From Gemmatimonadales bacterium (GTDB lineage Bacteria > Gemmatimonadota > Gemmatimonadetes > Gemmatimonadales > GWC2-71-9): DNA of 11,469 bases. Positions within the stretch are counted from its first letter, which is position 1. Each line of letters opens with the position of its first letter. Below the pieces are notes generated by a model. It was given only the letters and a program-made list of their open reading frames with translations. It ran no database searches and was not told the DNA's origin. The translations under genes were made by a program, and so were the position numbers. Shown here in pieces: positions 1 to 7,376 of the stretch. The stretch is from assembly GCA_039794085.1 (NCBI GenBank), contig JBDIWC010000087.1:1-11469 (forward strand), in the 5' to 3' direction.

Positions 1-33
1 TCTGCGGTGATCCCTTCCCCCAACCCAAGTTGA

Positions 34-221
34 ACCACGGAGAGCACGGAGGACACAGAGGGTGGACGGCTCCCACGACAGGTCCCCGATCTCGGATGGC
101 GGGCATCGGCAGGATGGGGGCCCTTCCACCCCCCAACAACAAGATCCGGGTCTCCGCGCGCAAGGCGGGGAGCGACGGGAATCACTCGGAGACCCTCCGT
201 GTCCTCCGCGGCCTCTGTGGT
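34..221. repeat. Inverted-repeat element with 9-nt-periodic arms (34-63 and 192-221)
   Basis: Left arm ACCACGGAGAGCACGGAGGACACAGAGGGT matches the reverse complement of the right arm (ACCACAGAGGCCGCGGAGGACACGGAGGGT) at 25 of 30 positions. The arms are built from CACRGAGRR-like 9-mers. Confidence 0.8.
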
Positions 222-231
222 GATGAATCCC

Positions 232-711
232 TCAGGCCACCGGCAGCGCCTCGAGGGCGGCCCGAAGCTCGCCCATCGGCAGAGCCCCGTTCGGATTGGC
301 ACCCGCATGGACGAACCTCACGACGTGGTGCGCATCGGTGAAGATGGTGCCCGATTCCTGAATCAGACCGAGCTTCCGGGCAAAACCAACTCCCTGGAAG
401 ATCACCCGCTCTTCGTCACCCAGAATCGGGAAGGGGCTCGTGAGAAGACGAGTCACCCGCTCGGCGGCCGATGTTGATCCGGGACCCGCCGCCACGACCC
501 GAATCCCGGCCGCCGCGAATTCCGCGTGTGCCCGCCCCAACTGGGCGGCGTGCCAGAGGCACTGCGCTCAGGTGAAGGCCCGGAGCAGGAAGAGCACGAG
601 CCCGCGGCCCGCCGGTTGGCCCTCGGGAACGGCCAGCGGGCCACCCGCCGCGAAGAGGACGTGGGGAAGGGTGTCACCCACGGCGATGCGGGTCGTACGA
701 GAGGTATCCAT
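232..711 (-). CDS. AhpC/TSA family (peroxiredoxin-like, thioredoxin-fold) selenoprotein, 159 aa, Sec at codon 48 (UGA at 570-568)
   Basis: ATG at 711 is preceded by AGGA. Translation is MDTSRTTRIAVGDTLPHVLF...GLVLFLLRAFT-UGA-AQCLWHAAQLGRAHAEFAAAGIRVVAAGPGS..., in frame with ORF 232..540. The UGA sits exactly at the first Cys of the CxxC motif, and a SECIS-like hairpin follows. Confidence 0.85.
532..548 (-). promoter_or_regulatory. Candidate bacterial SECIS hairpin
   Basis: Minus strand reads CCGCCC-AGTTG-GGGCGG. The loop begins 25 nt after the UGA and has G at its second position, consistent with the general bacterial SECIS model. Confidence 0.6.
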
Positions 712-802
712 GGGAGTCCTAGTGTGAGTTTCGGTTTACAGTTCCCCGGTACTTCCCTCCGTTGGATCGGGGCAGGTTGCCGCGCAGCCATCGTGGTCCC
801 GA

Positions 803-858
803 CGACGGGAAGTACGCCCGCCACCGTCTCAGATCCCTCGCCTGCGGCTCGGGATGAC
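803..858. repeat. REP-like palindromic element, copy 1
   Basis: CGACGGGAAGTAC...CCGTCTC-AGATCCCTCGCCTGCGGCTCGGGATGAC; a near-identical copy lies at 5074-5130. Confidence 0.8.
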
Positions 859-860
859 TC

Positions 861-902
861 CTCCTTCGAACTTCAAACTTCGAACTTCGAACTTCAAACT
901 TC
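861..902. repeat. Heptamer tandem repeat (NNNCTTC x6)
   Basis: ctccttc gaacttc aaacttc gaacttc gaacttc aaacttc; contains the coxG-like stop codon at 896-894. Confidence 0.9.
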
Positions 903-1346
903 CACGGCGCTCCGTTCCGCAAAATCGTTCCAGAACTTTTCGGTGAAGAGACGAGCCGCCCCGCCCAGCATCTCCGGGCCGAGGCGGGCCAGCGGGCCGC
1001 GAATCTCGGTCGTGGCCTCCCAGCGGAGGAGAACACTCCCGGGCCCCGTCTCCTCCAATTCCACCGTGGAGCGGACGTCGATCTCGGATCCCTGCACGGT
1101 GCCCCGCAGCAGAAGGCCCGCCCGATGCGGTGCCACCGGATCGATGATCTCGGCGTCGAGTACCAGACGCAGGGCCAGGATCCCGAGGCCCACCGATGAG
1201 TGAATCCGGAACCGGCCCTCCGCGATGCGCTCCACCGACTCCATCCCCGGAGTCGATTGCGCCACGACATCGGGATCCATCAGCCGGTCCCAGACCTGAA
1301 GCCGAGTGGCGGAGATGGTGGGCGTGCCGTGGAAGGAAAGGCGCAT
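894..1346 (-). CDS. coxG: CoxG / SRPBCC (START-like) family protein, 150 aa
   Basis: MRLSFHGTPTISATRLQVWDRLMDPDVVAQSTPGMESVERI...IRGPLARLGPEMLGGAARLFTEKFWNDF fits the CoxG pattern (VW..L.DP..L..C.PG and G.LA.LG). The ATG at 1346 is preferred over 1436 because the family N-terminus starts here. No coxLMS genes are in the window. Confidence 0.8.
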   Translation of the reverse strand: MRLSFHGTPTISATRLQVWDRLMDPDVVAQSTPGMESVERIAEGRFRIHSSVGLGILALRLVLDAEIIDPVAPHRAGLLLRGTVQGSEIDVRSTVELEETGPGSVLLRWEATTEIRGPLARLGPEMLGGAARLFTEKFWNDFAERSAVEV

Positions 1347-1480
1347 GGGTTTCGATTGCGAGAGGAACGATTTAGGGTTCATGCCATGAACAATTCTCCC
1401 GGAATGGTAATGCCCCCCCGCCAGCCCTCCTACCATCGTGGAAGCGACCGACTCGGCAGACCCGGAACGAGCGTGACGCC

Positions 1481-2932
1481 GTGACGCGAACCCTGCACGC
1501 CGAACTCGCCCAGTTGCTGCCGCCCGCGGTGCAACTTGCCCTCGACTACGTTGCGGCCCTCGACGATCCGGCCACCCCGGTGGTCGACCATCGGCCCCCC
1601 GACGCCCTGCGGGAGGCGCTCTGTCTGTCCCTTGACACTCAGGGTCGCCCGCCTGAGGCCGTGCTGGCCCAGGCGAGGGCGGTGCTCGAGCACAGCGTCC
1701 GCACCGGTCACCCCCGCTTCTTCAACCAACTATACGGCGGCGTCGACCCCGCCGGCATTCTCGGCGAATGGGTGACGGCCCTGGCGAACACCTCGATGTA
1801 CACCTTCGAGGCGGCACCTGTGGGCACGCTCATGGAAATTGAGCTGATGGCGAGGATGACCCGACTGGCGGGTTTCACCGCGGGCGAGGGGATCTTCGCT
1901 CCGGGAGGAAGCATCGCCAATCTCATGGCGGTTCTCGCCGCTCGGCACCGGGCCTTTCCCGAGTCGAAGCGCCGGGGTGTGTCAGGGCTCGCGGATCCGG
2001 TCATTTTCCTGTCCGCCGAGGCGCACTACTCGACCCCGCGGGCCATGAGCATCGCGGGATTCGGTTCGGAATCGGCCATTCCTGTGCCGGTCGATGCCGT
2101 GGGCCGCATGAAGCCTGACGCCTTGGAGGTAGCCATCCTCTCCGCGCGCGCGGAGGGCCGGATGCCCTTCCTGGTGGTGGCAACCTCGGGGACCACCGTG
2201 CCCGGCGTCTTTGATCCGATCGACGCCATCGCCGACATCACCGAGCGGCAGGGGCTCTGGCTCCATGTGGATGCCTCCTACGGCGGCGGTGTGCTCTTCT
2301 CCTCCAGGCACAAGCACCTCATGGCCGGATCCCACCGGGCCGACTCGATCACCTGGAACCCGCACAAGATGATGGGGCTCCCCCTCGCCTGCGCCACGAT
2401 CCTGACCCGGGAGCGCGGGGTGCTCGAGGCCACCAACGGCATGCATGCCGACTATCTCTTCCATGACTCCGGGGGCCCCACCTGCGATCTCGGCGATCTG
2501 AGTCTCCAGTGCGGGCGCCGGGTGGACGCCTTCAAGCTCTGGCTTTCCTGGATGGCACTCGGCGACGACGGCTACGCCCGCCGCGTGGACCGGCTCTTTG
2601 AACTGGCGGGGAAGTTCCGTGACATGGTGGCGGATCGGGAGGGATTCCACCTGGTGCGGGAACCGGAAGGGACCAACGTCTGCTTTCGCTACCTCCCCCC
2701 GCGGGAGACGCTCACCGGCGAGGCCCGCGTGCGCCGGGAGCATGAGCACACCGTGGCCATCCGCCGCCGGTTGCTGGAGAGCGGCCGGTTCATGATCAAC
2801 TACGCGACGCTGGACGGAGCGGCCACCTTCCGGATCGTGATGAACAACCCCCGCGCCACCGAGGCCGACCTGATGGCCCTGCTCGATGCGATCGTGGAGT
2901 TCAGCGCGGCGACGGGTCGGGACTCTCCATGA
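1481..2932 (+). CDS. Group II PLP-dependent amino-acid decarboxylase (CSAD/GADL1/GAD-like), 483 aa
   Basis: Motifs TGHPRFFNQL, PGGSIAN, GTTVPGVFDP, WLHVDASYGG, WNPHKMM (PLP lysine codon 2366-2368) and QCGRRVDAFKLW. Confidence 0.93.
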   Translation: MTRTLHAELAQLLPPAVQLALDYVAALDDPATPVVDHRPPDALREALCLSLDTQGRPPEAVLAQARAVLEHSVRTGHPRFFNQLYGGVDPAGILGEWVTALANTSMYTFEAAPVGTLMEIELMARMTRLAGFTAGEGIFAPGGSIANLMAVLAARHRAFPESKRRGVSGLADPVIFLSAEAHYSTPRAMSIAGFGSESAIPVPVDAVGRMKPDALEVAILSARAEGRMPFLVVATSGTTVPGVFDPIDAIADITERQGLWLHVDASYGGGVLFSSRHKHLMAGSHRADSITWNPHKMMGLPLACATILTRERGVLEATNGMHADYLFHDSGGPTCDLGDLSLQCGRRVDAFKLWLSWMALGDDGYARRVDRLFELAGKFRDMVADREGFHLVREPEGTNVCFRYLPPRETLTGEARVRREHEHTVAIRRRLLESGRFMINYATLDGAATFRIVMNNPRATEADLMALLDAIVEFSAATGRDSP

Positions 2933-3566
2933 GATGGAGCAGGTGGGCCGGGTCCGCAAACCAGTGATCCGGGGTGGTCGCCTCCAGCACGGCACGGCTG
3001 AACGGTCCCCAGAGGGCGGCTCCGGTGGCGGTGCCGGCCGCCCGTCCCGCCAGCATGTCGTGCGGGCTGTCTCCCACGAACAAGGTGTCGCGGGCGTCGA
3101 TGCCGGTGGCGGCCAGCGCGGCCAGCACCGGCTCCGGGTCGGGTTTGTGACGGGAGACGGAGTCGGCCCCGATGATGATCTCCATCGCATCCTCCAAGCC
3201 CACGAGCCGAAGCCCCCGTAGCGCGCCTGAGCGATTCTTGCTTGTGACGATGCCGAGCCGGGTTCCGGAGGCCTGCAGCGACCGGACCACCTCGACGATG
3301 CCGGGGTACACGGTAACCCGGGAGTCGTGATGCTCCAGATTGTACTCCCGATAGGTCGCGATCAGCTCGGCCATGCGAGCCTCATCCTCCGCCCAGGCGC
3401 TGAACTGCGCCCGGAGTGGCGTGCCGAGACCTTCCAGCCACTCGGCGTCGGTCCGAGCGGGAAGACCGTGCACCGCCATGGTGTGGTGATAACTGTCGAG
3501 AATGAGGCGGACTGAATCGATCAGGGTGCCGTCGAGATCGAAGAGGACGGAGCTGTATCGTGACAT
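2901..3566 (-). CDS. HAD-superfamily hydrolase, subfamily IA (PpaX/phosphoglycolate phosphatase-like), 221 aa
   Basis: Motif I LFDLDGTLIDS, motif II IVTSK, motif III KPDPEP, motif IV FVGDSPHD. Converges on the decarboxylase with a 32-bp overlap. Confidence 0.93.
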   Translation of the reverse strand: MSRYSSVLFDLDGTLIDSVRLILDSYHHTMAVHGLPARTDAEWLEGLGTPLRAQFSAWAEDEARMAELIATYREYNLEHHDSRVTVYPGIVEVVRSLQASGTRLGIVTSKNRSGALRGLRLVGLEDAMEIIIGADSVSRHKPDPEPVLAALAATGIDARDTLFVGDSPHDMLAGRAAGTATGAALWGPFSRAVLEATTPDHWFADPAHLLHLMESPDPSPR

Positions 3567-3720
3567 GCCCGAACCTAGCGGATCTCCCGTCGGCGGAACA
3601 GGACCGGTGGTTCATCCGGGTTTCGTGTGGGTGAGGGAACTTCAACCGGCCGTTTCCAGGGGCTCTTCAGGCCTTCCGGCGGTTGGATTTCGGGGTGAGG
3701 TGAGGGGCTCCGGTGGCCAG

Positions 3721-3953
3721 GCGGGTGGGGGAATGGCCACAAGAGGCACAAAAGGCACAAGAAGCCACGGGACCCTGCGGAGGGGTGACGAACCGGGCGG
3801 ATGTCTACGCTGTGCCTTTTTGTGTTTCTTGTGCTTTTTGTGGTTGACCCTCGAGTGAGACGGAGTGGTCCGCCGGTCAAGCGGGTGGGGCAATGGCCAC
3901 AAGAGGCACGGAGGGCGCAAGGGGCACGCGATCCCGCGGAGGGGCGACGAACC
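3721..3953. repeat. 9-nt-periodic inverted-repeat element (about 3735-3845) plus a direct partial duplication (3721-3794 vs 3881-3953)
   Basis: GGCCACAAGAGGCACAAAAGGCACAAGAA is answered by TGTGCCTTTTTGTGTTTCTTGTGCTTTTTGTGGTT. GCGGGTGGGG(G/C)AATGGCCACAAGAGGCAC...GCGGAGGGGYGACGAACC recurs 160 bp downstream. Confidence 0.8.
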
Positions 3954-4033
3954 AGCTGAGCCTGAACCCATGCCAAAGCCTGAAGAAACGGACCGGTTTG
4001 CAGGAACCGGCCCCGCCGGTTGATATTGCGCCG

Positions 4034-4891
4034 ATGCCGTCCTTTGCCCCCCTCCCCGAACTCCTGATCGAACCGGTGGTCCGTGCTGCCCTCCTGGAGG
4101 ATCTGGGACGCACCGGCGATCTCACCACCTCCTGCCTCATCCCCCCGGATATCCCGGCACGGGGCGCCATCGTGGCCCGCGAGGCCGGGGTGATCGCGGG
4201 TGTCGGGGTGGCCGCCCTGACGTTCCGCCTGCTCGATCCCACGGTCGAGTTCGAGCCCGTCGTGCCCGACGGAGGGTCGGTATCCGCGGGGCAACCGGTG
4301 GTTCGCCTGCGCGGCCCCGCCGGCTCCATCCTCACGGGGGAGCGGGTGGCGCTCAACTTCCTCGGGCGTCTCTCCGGGGTCGCCACCGCCACTCGGCGCC
4401 TGGTCGACGCCGTCCGCGGCACCGAGGCGCGGATCGTCTGCACCCGGAAAACCACTCCCGGACTCCGGTCCCTGGAGAAGTACGCCGTCCGCGCCGGGGG
4501 CGGCCGGAACCATCGCTTCGGCCTCGACGATGGGATTCTGATCAAGGACAACCACATCGCCGTGGTCGGCTCGGTGCTGCGGGCGGTGGAACGGGCCCGC
4601 GAGCGCGCGGGGCACATGGTGCGGATCCAGGTCGAGGTCGACTCGATCGAACAGTTGCACGAGGCCCTCGCGGCGGGCGCGGACGCCGTGCTGCTCGACA
4701 ACATGACGGTGTCGCAGCTGGCCGAGGCGGTGACCCTGATTGCGCGCCGAGCCGTGACCGAGGCCTCGGGCGGGGTCACCCTCGATCGGGTGGCCGCCAT
4801 CGCCGCCACGGGGGTGAACCTGATCTCCAGCGGGGCCATTACTCATAGCGCGCCGTGGCTTGATGTTGGGTTGGACCTCAATGAAGTTTGA
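4034..4891 (+). CDS. nadC: Carboxylating nicotinate-nucleotide diphosphorylase (quinolinate phosphoribosyltransferase)
   Basis: Motifs ALLEDLG..GDLT, GERVALNFL..LSGVAT, TRKTTPGLR, NHRFGLDD.ILIKDNH, EVD, LLDNM, EASGG and G.ITHS. The ATG at 4034 is chosen because the longer 3893 start runs through repeat DNA. Confidence 0.96.
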   Translation: MPSFAPLPELLIEPVVRAALLEDLGRTGDLTTSCLIPPDIPARGAIVAREAGVIAGVGVAALTFRLLDPTVEFEPVVPDGGSVSAGQPVVRLRGPAGSILTGERVALNFLGRLSGVATATRRLVDAVRGTEARIVCTRKTTPGLRSLEKYAVRAGGGRNHRFGLDDGILIKDNHIAVVGSVLRAVERARERAGHMVRIQVEVDSIEQLHEALAAGADAVLLDNMTVSQLAEAVTLIARRAVTEASGGVTLDRVAAIAATGVNLISSGAITHSAPWLDVGLDLNEV

Positions 4892-4976
4892 AGGAGAGGG
4901 GGGTATGAACCGCGCGTACATCCCGGGGGTGCCCCCTAACGAGTGGTGGCAAACATTCCGGATCTCCAGGTGCCGT

Positions 4977-5018
4977 TCCCCTCTCCCACTGTGTGGGAGA
5001 GGGGACAGGGGTGAGGGC
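4977..5018. repeat. Perfect 13-bp hairpin within a CCCTCACCCC...CCCTCTCCC-type repeat; possible terminator between convergent genes
   Basis: TCCCCTCTCCCAC-TGT-GTGGGAGAGGGGA (4977-5005) followed by CAGGGGTGAGGGC. There is no U-tract on either side. Confidence 0.7.
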
Positions 5019-5073
5019 TAACGGTCCCAGGTCTCCGGATCTCGTCGTTGCGGAGAGTTGCAGTGGACGCAGC

Positions 5074-5130
5074 CGACGGGAAGTACACCGACCCGTCTCC
5101 ACAGATTCCTCGCCTGCGGCTCGGAATGAC
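5074..5130. repeat. REP-like palindromic element, copy 2
   Basis: CGACGGGAAGTAC...CCGTCTC-CAC-AGATTCCTCGCCTGCGGCTCGGAATGAC; its last 28 nt match 831-858 at 26 positions. Confidence 0.8.
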
Positions 5131-5160
5131 CCAGCGGATGTAGGGGTCGTTCGCGAACGC

Positions 5161-5188
5161 CTCCTTCACACTTCGAACTTCAATCTTC
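5161..5188. repeat. Degenerate heptamer repeat (NNNCTTC x4)
   Basis: ctccttc acacttc gaacttc aatcttc; contains the helicase stop codon at 5168-5166. Confidence 0.65.
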
Positions 5189-7376
5189 CAAACGCCACCA
5201 CTCCCACCACCTCCACCCGGGGCGTGATCACGACCTCGCGCTCCGGGAGAGTGGCTGTCCACGCCGGCAGCCGCGACGCGGGAAGCGCCAGCAGTTCCGT
5301 GAGCCACGGCTCCTCTCCCGCCGTGTGACCCCGCCGCACGAAACTCACGGCGGATCCGATCGCGGCCACCATGCGGTGATCCCGGGCCCGGGCCGCCTGC
5401 TGGCCGAGTCGGAAGAGCCGGGAGAGAAGAACCCCCCGCGCGCCGTCTCGCGCCAGCGGCCAGTGACGGGCATGCATCTCGCGCGTCGTCCGGGCCACCG
5501 GATCCGCCACCAGGCGCGCCACCGTTCTCATGAGCGCCGGGGAGGGCATCGGTGCGGCTGGACGATCCGCCCGGGTGAGAGCATCCGAGACGGCGCGCAC
5601 CCCCTCGGTCCATCGTCCCTCGGACCACCACCAGCAGCGGCCACCGATCGTGCGCCCTCGGGCCTTCACCCGGAGGCCCAGCAGGAGCCCATCCGGGGCA
5701 TCGGGAATCCAGGAAACCCCCGAGTGCCAGGGACGATCCTGCCATTGCCGGGCCAGGGCGTCGCGCCATTGCCAGGGGGCCTCATCCTTCTCGCCGAGAC
5801 CCACGAGAGGGGGGAGGGACCGCTTCCGGTCCAGGATGGCGAGTTGACCGAGATGCTGTTCGATCTCCGGCGGAGGGTGAAACGCAATGACCTCCACGTT
5901 GGCATGCAGCGACCCGGGGCGATGGATACGTCCGGTGCGTTGCGCCATCCGGAGGGGCGACCAGGGCAGGTCATAATGCACCACTCGGCCCGCGCCCTGC
6001 AGGTCGAGCCCTTCCGACGAGACATCAGTGGTGACCAGCACCTCGCCGGGCGCGGCCCCTCCGCCGGGGCGGAATCGCTGGAGCACCGCGTCCCGGTCGC
6101 ACCGCAATGCGTCGACACCCGCCGCGCTCCCGGTGCACCAGTGGACGTGGGGCTTCAGATGACGGCGAAGCCAGGTCACCGTGGCCGTGCGGGTGGTGAA
6201 CACGATCGTCGCCGGACCGTCGACCAGCAGCGGACGGAGGCGAAGGAGCTTGTCGTCCGGTTCGGTGCAATGGGCCCCGACGGCGTCGAGCAGCGGGGCG
6301 AGCCGGTGCAGGTCGTCGAGCGGGAGGGTCACGGGTCCATCGTCTCCCAGCAACTCCCAGAGCAGGAGCTGCTCCGGTTCCTGCCCGAGCAGGCGATGCA
6401 GCTCCCGCCGAGTCACCCCACGTCCCGCCCGCGCGGCGTCGGCAGCATGCAGAAGAAGGGAGCGATAACGCACGAGGGCCATCCGGAGTGCCGCCGGACT
6501 CGAGGCAAGCGCGGTCCAGAAGGTGTGGCGCAGCAGGGAACGCCCCGCCTCGTCGCCGGTGCAGGCAAGGGTTGACACTCCCTGAATGAGGTCCCGGATT
6601 CCCGGCGGCACGGACCATGTCACCGTACGGTGGGCCGCCGGGGGCGCCGTCGGCGGAGGACCGGTGATGACCACCTCACCCAGCGCGTCCACCACTAGCG
6701 GCCGGGGGTGAGGGCTCAGGACCAGGTCGGGGAGCCCGGCGGGAGCCAGCGCATCGGTGGGGATGCCGAGTCGCAGTACCTGTCCGAGATCCTGGAGCCG
6801 GTTCACGACCGGAGTGGCGGTGAGGAAGAGGACCCGATGGCCGACGAGTGCGCGAGCCAACCGGCGGTACCGCTGGGTCCCGGGGTTCCGCAGTCGATGC
6901 GCCTCATCGACGATCACCAGTGGGTGCGGGGGCAGATGTTTCGGTCCTCGGCTGAACGACTCCATCGACAGGGCCACGATCGGCACCCCGGAACGATCCG
7001 CCACCTCGCGCCACTGGGGCAGCAGTACCGCCGGGGCCACCATGCCGACCGGTCCCGGGGCCAGGGCGCGTGCCACCGCCAGAGCGATCCAGGTCTTCCC
7101 ACTCCCCGTCGGGAGCGCCAGCATCGCGCCGCCGTGGCGATCGAGGGCGCCGAGTGCTCGGCGGAAGGGGAAGACCTGGGAAGGCCGGAGCCACGAGGGG
7201 GGGACGGCGTCGGGACGACTCACCGGGCGGAGCACCCGGGCGATGGCCGCCGCCACCAGCGCGGGGACCGCCTCTCCCGGGGGAAGGATGGTTCCGGTGA
7301 GGAGGTGCTCCCCGTCGCGGAGCGATTCAGCGACGAGAATGGGGGGCCGCAGAGCGGAGCGTCGCAAGAGTGTCAT
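5166..7376 (-). CDS. Superfamily 2 (SNF2/RapA-like) helicase/ATPase, 736 aa
   Basis: Walker A LPTGSGKT, DEAH, motif III LTATP, SEGLDLQ, HYDLPWSP, motif VI QRTGRIHR. GGAG lies just before the ATG, and the start overlaps the methyltransferase 3' end by 50 nt. Confidence 0.9.
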   Translation of the reverse strand: MTLLRRSALRPPILVAESLRDGEHLLTGTILPPGEAVPALVAAAIARVLRPVSRPDAVPPSWLRPSQVFPFRRALGALDRHGGAMLALPTGSGKTWIALAVARALAPGPVGMVAPAVLLPQWREVADRSGVPIVALSMESFSRGPKHLPPHPLVIVDEAHRLRNPGTQRYRRLARALVGHRVLFLTATPVVNRLQDLGQVLRLGIPTDALAPAGLPDLVLSPHPRPLVVDALGEVVITGPPPTAPPAAHRTVTWSVPPGIRDLIQGVSTLACTGDEAGRSLLRHTFWTALASSPAALRMALVRYRSLLLHAADAARAGRGVTRRELHRLLGQEPEQLLLWELLGDDGPVTLPLDDLHRLAPLLDAVGAHCTEPDDKLLRLRPLLVDGPATIVFTTRTATVTWLRRHLKPHVHWCTGSAAGVDALRCDRDAVLQRFRPGGGAAPGEVLVTTDVSSEGLDLQGAGRVVHYDLPWSPLRMAQRTGRIHRPGSLHANVEVIAFHPPPEIEQHLGQLAILDRKRSLPPLVGLGEKDEAPWQWRDALARQWQDRPWHSGVSWIPDAPDGLLLGLRVKARGRTIGGRCWWWSEGRWTEGVRAVSDALTRADRPAAPMPSPALMRTVARLVADPVARTTREMHARHWPLARDGARGVLLSRLFRLGQQAARARDHRMVAAIGSAVSFVRRGHTAGEEPWLTELLALPASRLPAWTATLPEREVVITPRVEVVGVVAFGRLKFEV

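Noticed and set aside
526..1203. 225-aa plus-strand ORF containing FELQTSNFELQTS
   Set aside because: The peptide repeat is just the translated heptamer run, and the ORF is antisense to two better-supported genes.
1982..3190. 402-aa minus-strand ORF
   Set aside because: It is a shadow of the decarboxylase and an alternative frame of the HAD gene, with no recognisable domain.
3721..3953. CRISPR array
   Set aside because: There are only two degenerate copies with a 160-bp period, no unique spacers of uniform length, and no cas genes.
3893..4033. 47-aa N-terminal extension of NadC
   Set aside because: It begins inside the duplicated repeat, and NadC similarity starts at the ATG at 4034.
3575..4921. 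448-aa and 320-aa minus-strand ORFs
   Set aside because: They are antisense to the clearly conserved nadC and run through repeat DNA.
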